From: Escherichia phage vB_EcoP-720R6 | Length of the DNA: 46,068 bases | Strand: one strand, 5' to 3' | Sequence record: ON470605 | Shown: positions 41,770-46,068 of the stretch, piece by piece | How the letters are laid out: each line of letters starts with the position of its first letter | Position numbering within the stretch: position 1 is the stretch's first letter | Notes under the pieces: generated by a model | Databases searched by the model: none | Told to the model about the DNA's origin: nothing | Seen by the model: the letters and a program-made list of their open reading frames with translations, nothing else | Program-made: the position numbers and the translations under genes

Positions 41770-42632
41770 GCGAAATTAATTACCAGGCACTGCGTGAAAA
41801 AGCAGAAAAAGCAACGTGTTGTGTATGGTCGCTCGAATATGGAGAGAGCCGATTTGATGGTGATGATGCTCTAATTCATCGCGAGGCTGCTGGATATATT
41901 CCCATTTGCAGAATTGAAGGAGCGCATCCAGAAAGCGGTTTCGATGAAGATTTCCAAATGGAACAGCAGGCCAATGCTGAATTCATCGCCGCAGCCAATC
42001 CCGCTACCGTCTTGGCGCTGCTGGATGAGCTGGAAAGAAACCAGCAATACATCAAACGCCGTGACCAGGAGAACGAGGATATTGCGCTAACGGTAGGGAA
42101 GCTGCGTGTTGAGCTTGAGGAGACAAAATCAAAACTCAACGAGCAGCGCGAGTATTACGAAGGTGTCATCTCGGATGGAAGTAAGCGCATAGCAGAGTTG
42201 CAGACAAAATCTGCACCAGATTCGTTTGGCATCATCGGTGAAAATATTCGAACACAGGATAATCGAATAACGTCAGATCCTATGTTTTGTGTGTATCAAA
42301 AGCGCGAAATCGTTGTTGATGCTGATTATGACTATGACCGGATTGTCTGGGTTGATGAAGATGGCAATGAAGCCAATAAACTCCAAAGTCGTCGTCTCGA
42401 ACTACTTCATGAAAACTTTCGGGAGCCACCAGAAAAATGGCGGCGCGTTGCTGTGAAAGATATTGATGAATTCGTTACCTGCTGTTTCACCGAACAGGGT
42501 TGTAAAGATTACCTAGCAGTCAATGGTCACAATCTTCGATTGCCATTTATATATGTAAAAAGCGGTTTCAGGAACGCTGAATATATCGGCATAAGAAACT
42601 GGCTTGCTGGCATTCGCATCAAAGGAGAGTGA
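41766..42632 (+). CDS. Ea22-like protein (coiled-coil)
   Basis: GTG at 41766 overlapping the upstream stop gives [27 protein letters not shown]...; central coiled-coil; the ORF-track ATG at 41733 is an alternative start. Confidence 0.6.
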   Translation: MSEINYQALREKAEKATCCVWSLEYGESRFDGDDALIHREAAGYIPICRIEGAHPESGFDEDFQMEQQANAEFIAAANPATVLALLDELERNQQYIKRRDQENEDIALTVGKLRVELEETKSKLNEQREYYEGVISDGSKRIAELQTKSAPDSFGIIGENIRTQDNRITSDPMFCVYQKREIVVDADYDYDRIVWVDEDGNEANKLQSRRLELLHENFREPPEKWRRVAVKDIDEFVTCCFTEQGCKDYLAVNGHNLRLPFIYVKSGFRNAEYIGIRNWLAGIRIKGE

Positions 42633-42633
42633 T

Positions 42634-42921
42634 ATGGCAACTTTGCAGGAATTAATCGACCTGACGCCAGAACAGGAAAAAGCGTGGAATCGCCTTGTGA
42701 AGGCTGTAAAGGATTTCAGGGCAGCCGGAGGAAAGTTTTATAGCGTCCTGGACACGCTGAGCGCATACAACGGCGAGCACGTTGCCAGCATTGATAACGA
42801 TAAGGGCTACCACACTGCAAGCGTCTATATGCCTAGCATTGATGCGCCAGGGCTAACCAGTTGGGCTGATGATTGGCACGGCATCACGCTGAAAGATGGC
42901 GTTGAAGTGGATGAGGACTAA
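42634..42921 (+). CDS. Hypothetical early-left protein
   Basis: ATG at 42634 with RBS AAAGGAGAG; MATLQELIDLTPEQEKAWNRLVKAVKDFRAAGG... Confidence 0.55.
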   Translation: MATLQELIDLTPEQEKAWNRLVKAVKDFRAAGGKFYSVLDTLSAYNGEHVASIDNDKGYHTASVYMPSIDAPGLTSWADDWHGITLKDGVEVDED

Positions 42922-42924
42922 CAC

Positions 42925-43797
42925 ATGACTACTTTTACCGACAAAGAACTGATTAAAGAAATCAAAGAGCGAATCGGCAGCCTGGACGTGCGAGACGATA
43001 TTGAGCGCCGTGCTTATGAAATCGCACTGGCATCGCTGGAAGCAGAGCCTGTTCTGTATCAGTCCTGCACTCGCCCCACCTGGAATAGCGGTGTTCCGTG
43101 GACGGAATGGAAAGAACGTAGTCGTGAGTGCTACGAAGACGATTTGCGTTTTACAGACACGCCTGACCATGCCGGTTGGATATACAAATGTCGAAAACTA
43201 TACACCACTCCGCCAGCGCCGATAGCGTTAGAGGCCATTGAAAACGCAATTGAATACATTCGTAGTATCGCTTTTCACATCGATGAAGACGATTACCACG
43301 GCAAACATATTGCGTATTTCATGCGACAAGCATTGGCCTGGCTGGAAGGGTATTCATGCAGCGACGACAGACTGGGTAAAGCCGAGAATCAAACAGTACA
43401 CGGCAACCAGGCTGCCGAATCCAATCGCGGTAATGAGTGGACCGGCAATCCTGATATTGATAACGCCATCATCATGCTCGATCGCATAGATACGCTGGAA
43501 AGTTGCGATGATGACCGTATTGAGGCTGTTAAGGCTGTTTTGCGTAGACTGGCTGGCAACTATCCGGTAATTCCGGATAGTTGGATAAGCTGTAGTGAGC
43601 GAATGCCGAACGATAAACAGTATGTTTGGTGTTGGGGTAAGTCTTACGGCTGGACTGAGTGCGATACCTTCGAAGGGTATTACGATTGGTCGAGAAACAA
43701 ATGGTGGGCAGTTACTGACGATGGGGAAGAACCGGCATCGAAAGTAACACACTGGATGCTGCTACCGGAGCCGCCGCTGGAGGTTAACCGTGGCTAA
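42925..43797 (+). CDS. Hypothetical protein with DUF551-like C-terminal motif
   Basis: 290 aa; C-terminal ...KVTHWMLLPEPPLEVNRG resembles the DUF551 signature common in lambdoid early-left regions. Confidence 0.55.
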   Translation: MTTFTDKELIKEIKERIGSLDVRDDIERRAYEIALASLEAEPVLYQSCTRPTWNSGVPWTEWKERSRECYEDDLRFTDTPDHAGWIYKCRKLYTTPPAPIALEAIENAIEYIRSIAFHIDEDDYHGKHIAYFMRQALAWLEGYSCSDDRLGKAENQTVHGNQAAESNRGNEWTGNPDIDNAIIMLDRIDTLESCDDDRIEAVKAVLRRLAGNYPVIPDSWISCSERMPNDKQYVWCWGKSYGWTECDTFEGYYDWSRNKWWAVTDDGEEPASKVTHWMLLPEPPLEVNRG

Positions 43798-44074
43798 CCT
43801 GCAACTTGCCGTTAAAGGTGAATACTTCGATTCCATGATTCGCGGGGAGAAAACGGAAGAGTATCGCTTGTGTAATGACTACTGGAAAAAGCGCCTCGTT
43901 AACCGTAAGCATGACCGCCTGATTATCACAAAGGGATATCCGAAGCGCGACGATTCCAGCCGCAGAATTGACGTCCCGTATGACGGATATGAAATCAAGA
44001 CAATCACACATCCGCACTTCGGCGATAAACCGGTAAAGGTTTACGCGATAAAGGTAAATATCGGCAATGAATAA
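43790..44074 (+). CDS. Small protein, ASCH/PUA-like (tentative)
   Basis: GTG start with RBS GGAGG 6 nt upstream; 94 aa MANLQLAVKGEYFDSMIRGEKTEEYRL... Confidence 0.5.
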   Translation: MANLQLAVKGEYFDSMIRGEKTEEYRLCNDYWKKRLVNRKHDRLIITKGYPKRDDSSRRIDVPYDGYEIKTITHPHFGDKPVKVYAIKVNIGNE

Positions 44075-44146
44075 CAATCCTCGCACTCGCGAGGATTTCT
44101 TTTATCTGAACTCGCTACGGCGAGTTTTGTTTTATGGAGATGATAA

Positions 44147-44314
44147 ATGCACTTCCGAGTCACAGGAGAATGGAATGGAGAGCCATTCAACAGAGTTATC
44201 GAAGCAGAGAACATCAACGACTGCTATGACCACTGGATGCTATGGGCGCAGATAGCACATGCAGACGTAACCAATATTCGAATTGAAGAACTGAAAGAAC
44301 ACCAAGCCGCCTGA
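44147..44314 (+). CDS. Small hypothetical protein (55 aa) ending at an intrinsic terminator
   Basis: ATG at 44147 with GGAG upstream; MHFRVTGEWNGEPFNRVIEAENINDCYDHWMLWAQIAHADVTNIRIEELKEHQAA; two other frames are also open here. Confidence 0.35.
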   Translation: MHFRVTGEWNGEPFNRVIEAENINDCYDHWMLWAQIAHADVTNIRIEELKEHQAA

Positions 44315-44327
44315 TGGCGGTTTTTTT
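44306..44327 (+). terminator. Intrinsic terminator
   Basis: GCCGCC-tgat-GGCGG followed by TTTTTTT. Confidence 0.5.
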
Positions 44328-44341
44328 ATTGGAGACAAGAA

Positions 44342-44686
44342 ATGTCAGATTTGGCTATGAAGGTTTTGAAATGGCAATCGACTGGCGATGTTGGCATCAG
44401 TAGCGCAACTCTTGCCTCAATCGCATGTGGACTGAAAAAGAATATCTATGGTCATCACTTCGGCGCTCCCCATGACGCAGCCGATTTCAGACGATGCGTT
44501 GCACTTGTTGAGCAGATTCCAGAAATCAGAGATTCATTCAACAAGGTTGCAAAGCGCGTTCCAGCATTCAAAGGAATCCTCAACGAATGGGATTCCCTCG
44601 TTGCTCTGTTGAAGTCTGAAATGAAGATACACGGAAACAAAGCACCAGAGACTTACAGAAGAATCAGCGAGCTACGCAAGGACTAA
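44342..44686 (+). CDS. Hypothetical protein adjacent to xis
   Basis: 114 aa MSDLAMKVLKWQSTGDVGISSATLASIACGLKKNIYGHHFGAPHDAADFRRC... Confidence 0.55.
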   Translation: MSDLAMKVLKWQSTGDVGISSATLASIACGLKKNIYGHHFGAPHDAADFRRCVALVEQIPEIRDSFNKVAKRVPAFKGILNEWDSLVALLKSEMKIHGNKAPETYRRISELRKD

Positions 44687-44801
44687 CCATGGAATCACAC
44701 AGCCTCAAACCCAATGAGGCCTGTTCATTTCTCAAGATATCCAGACCTACCATTGCCGCATCAATGCGGCTTTTCTTGCGTGTAATTGCGGAGACTTTGC
44801 G

Positions 44802-45020
44802 ATGTACTTGACACTTCAGGAGTGGAACGCACGCCAGCGACGCCCAAGAAGCCTTGAAACAGTTCGTCGATGGGTACGCGAGTGCAGGATATTCCCTCCT
44901 CCGGTTAAGGATGGAAGAGAGTATCTGTTCCACGAATCAGCGGTAAAGGTTGACTTAAATCGACCAGTAACAGGTAGCCTTTTGAAGAGGATCAGAAATG
45001 GGAAGAAGGCGAAGTCATGA
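44802..45020 (+). CDS. xis: Excisionase Xis
   Basis: 72 aa MYLTLQEWNARQRRPRSLETVRRWVRECRIFPPPVKDGREYLFHESAVKVDLNRPVTGSLLKRIRNGKKAKS, lambda Xis as recalled; overlaps the int start. Confidence 0.95.
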   Translation: MYLTLQEWNARQRRPRSLETVRRWVRECRIFPPPVKDGREYLFHESAVKVDLNRPVTGSLLKRIRNGKKAKS

Positions 45021-46068
45021 GCGCCGGGATTTACCCCCTAACCTTTATATAAGAAACAATGGATATTACTGCTACAGGGACCCAAGGACGGGTAAAGAGT
45101 TTGGATTAGGCCGAGACAGGAGGATAGCAATCACTGAAGCAATACAGGCCAACATTGAGTTATTTTCAGGACACAAACACAAGCCTCTGACAGCGAGAAT
45201 CAACAGTGATAATTCTGTTACGTTACATTCATGGCTTGATCGCTACGAAAAAATCCTCGCCAGCAGAGGAATCAAGCAGAAGACTCTCATAAATTACATG
45301 AGCAAAATTAAAGCAATAAGGAGGGGTCTGCCTGATGCTCCACTTGAAGACATCACCACAAAAGAAATTGCGGCAATGCTCAATGGATACATAGACGAGG
45401 GCAAGGCGGCGTCAGCCAAGTTAATCAGATCAACACTGAGTGATGCATTCCGAGAGGCAATAGCTGAAGGCCATATAACAACAAACCCGGTCGCTGCCAC
45501 TCGCGCAGCAAAATCAGAGGTAAGGAGATCAAGACTTACGGCTGACGAATACCTGAAAATTTATCAAGCAGCAGAATCATCACCATGTTGGCTCAGACTT
45601 GCAATGGAACTGGCTGTTGTTACCGGGCAGCGAGTTGGTGATTTATGCGAAATGAAGTGGTCTGATATCGTAGATGGATATCTTTATGTCGAGCAAAGCA
45701 AAACAGGTGTAAAAATTGCCATCCCTACAACATTGCATGTTGATACTCTCGGGATATCAATGAAGGAAACACTTGATAAATGCAAAGAGATTCTTGGTGG
45801 AGAAACCATAATTGCATCTACTCGTCGTGAACCGCTTTCATCCGGCACAGTATCAAGGTATTTTATGCGCGCACGAAAAGCATCAGGTCTTTCCTTCGAA
45901 GGGGATCCGCCTACCTTTCACGAGTTGCGCAGTTTGTCTGCAAGACTCTATGAGAAGCAGATAAGCGATAAGTTTGCTCAACATCTTCTCGGGCATAAGT
46001 CGGACACCATGGCATCACAATATCGTGATGACAGAGGCAGGGAGTGGGACAAAATTGAAATCAAATAA
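44998..46068 (+). CDS. int: Tyrosine integrase Int (lambda-type)
   Basis: 356 aa MGRRRSHERRDLPPNLYIRNNGYYCYRDPRTGKEFGLGRDRRIA...HELRSLSARLY...GHKSDTMASQYRDDRGREWDKIEIK, lambda Int as recalled; stop is the last codon of the window. Confidence 0.97.
   Translation: MGRRRSHERRDLPPNLYIRNNGYYCYRDPRTGKEFGLGRDRRIAITEAIQANIELFSGHKHKPLTARINSDNSVTLHSWLDRYEKILASRGIKQKTLINYMSKIKAIRRGLPDAPLEDITTKEIAAMLNGYIDEGKAASAKLIRSTLSDAFREAIAEGHITTNPVAATRAAKSEVRRSRLTADEYLKIYQAAESSPCWLRLAMELAVVTGQRVGDLCEMKWSDIVDGYLYVEQSKTGVKIAIPTTLHVDTLGISMKETLDKCKEILGGETIIASTRREPLSSGTVSRYFMRARKASGLSFEGDPPTFHELRSLSARLYEKQISDKFAQHLLGHKSDTMASQYRDDRGREWDKIEIK

Noticed and set aside
44067-44255. 62-aa ORF-track frame and a third open frame (MEMINALPSHRR...) overlapping 44134-44314
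   Set aside because: Three frames are open here; the frame starting at 44147 was preferred because it has a spaced RBS and ends at an intrinsic terminator. All three remain low confidence.

Overview
The window has two parts. (1) Positions 1-7718 are E. coli-type chromosome: the 5' part of uvrB (minus strand, runs off the left edge) with its LexA box, the divergent biotin operon bioD-bioC-bioF-bioB / bioA with the bio operator, and ybhB. (2) From 7719 to the right edge is a mosaic lambdoid prophage sitting in the lambda attachment site. The 15-bp lambda common core (attR) is at 7719-7733, with a lambda-like P arm beside it; lambda-type int/xis are at the far right, and attL must lie just beyond the window. 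Gene order, right to left: int, xis, a block of small early-left genes (Ea22-like, DUF551-like, Erf + SSB recombination module, cIII-like), N with nutL, a non-lambda cI/cro immunity pair with lambda-like cII, nutR and oop, an O-like initiator with iteron origin, a toprim primase/DnaB-like helicase interrupted by a 20-N assembly gap, a nin region (NinB, NinE/NinF-like, YbcO-like, RusA, NinH), a non-lambda Q antiterminator, two tRNA genes (Asn-GUU, Thr-UGU), lambda-type S/R/Rz/Rz1 lysis genes, then a P22-like morphogenesis block (Rha-like, small ORF, TerS, TerL, portal, scaffold, coat, gp4, gp10, needle gp26, gp14/7/20/16-like ejection proteins), a moron locus with two lipoprotein genes and an orphan mnt, and a 981-aa tailspike with an endosialidase-like body. 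Most worth follow-up: the two-lipoprotein locus at the P22 sieA position, the orphan Mnt with a palindrome upstream of the tailspike, the minus-strand gene converging on N, the tRNA pair inserted into the late leader, and the likely K1-capsule specificity of the tailspike. All assignments rest on reading the translations and recalled family features; no database search was run, so product names are hypotheses of varying strength.
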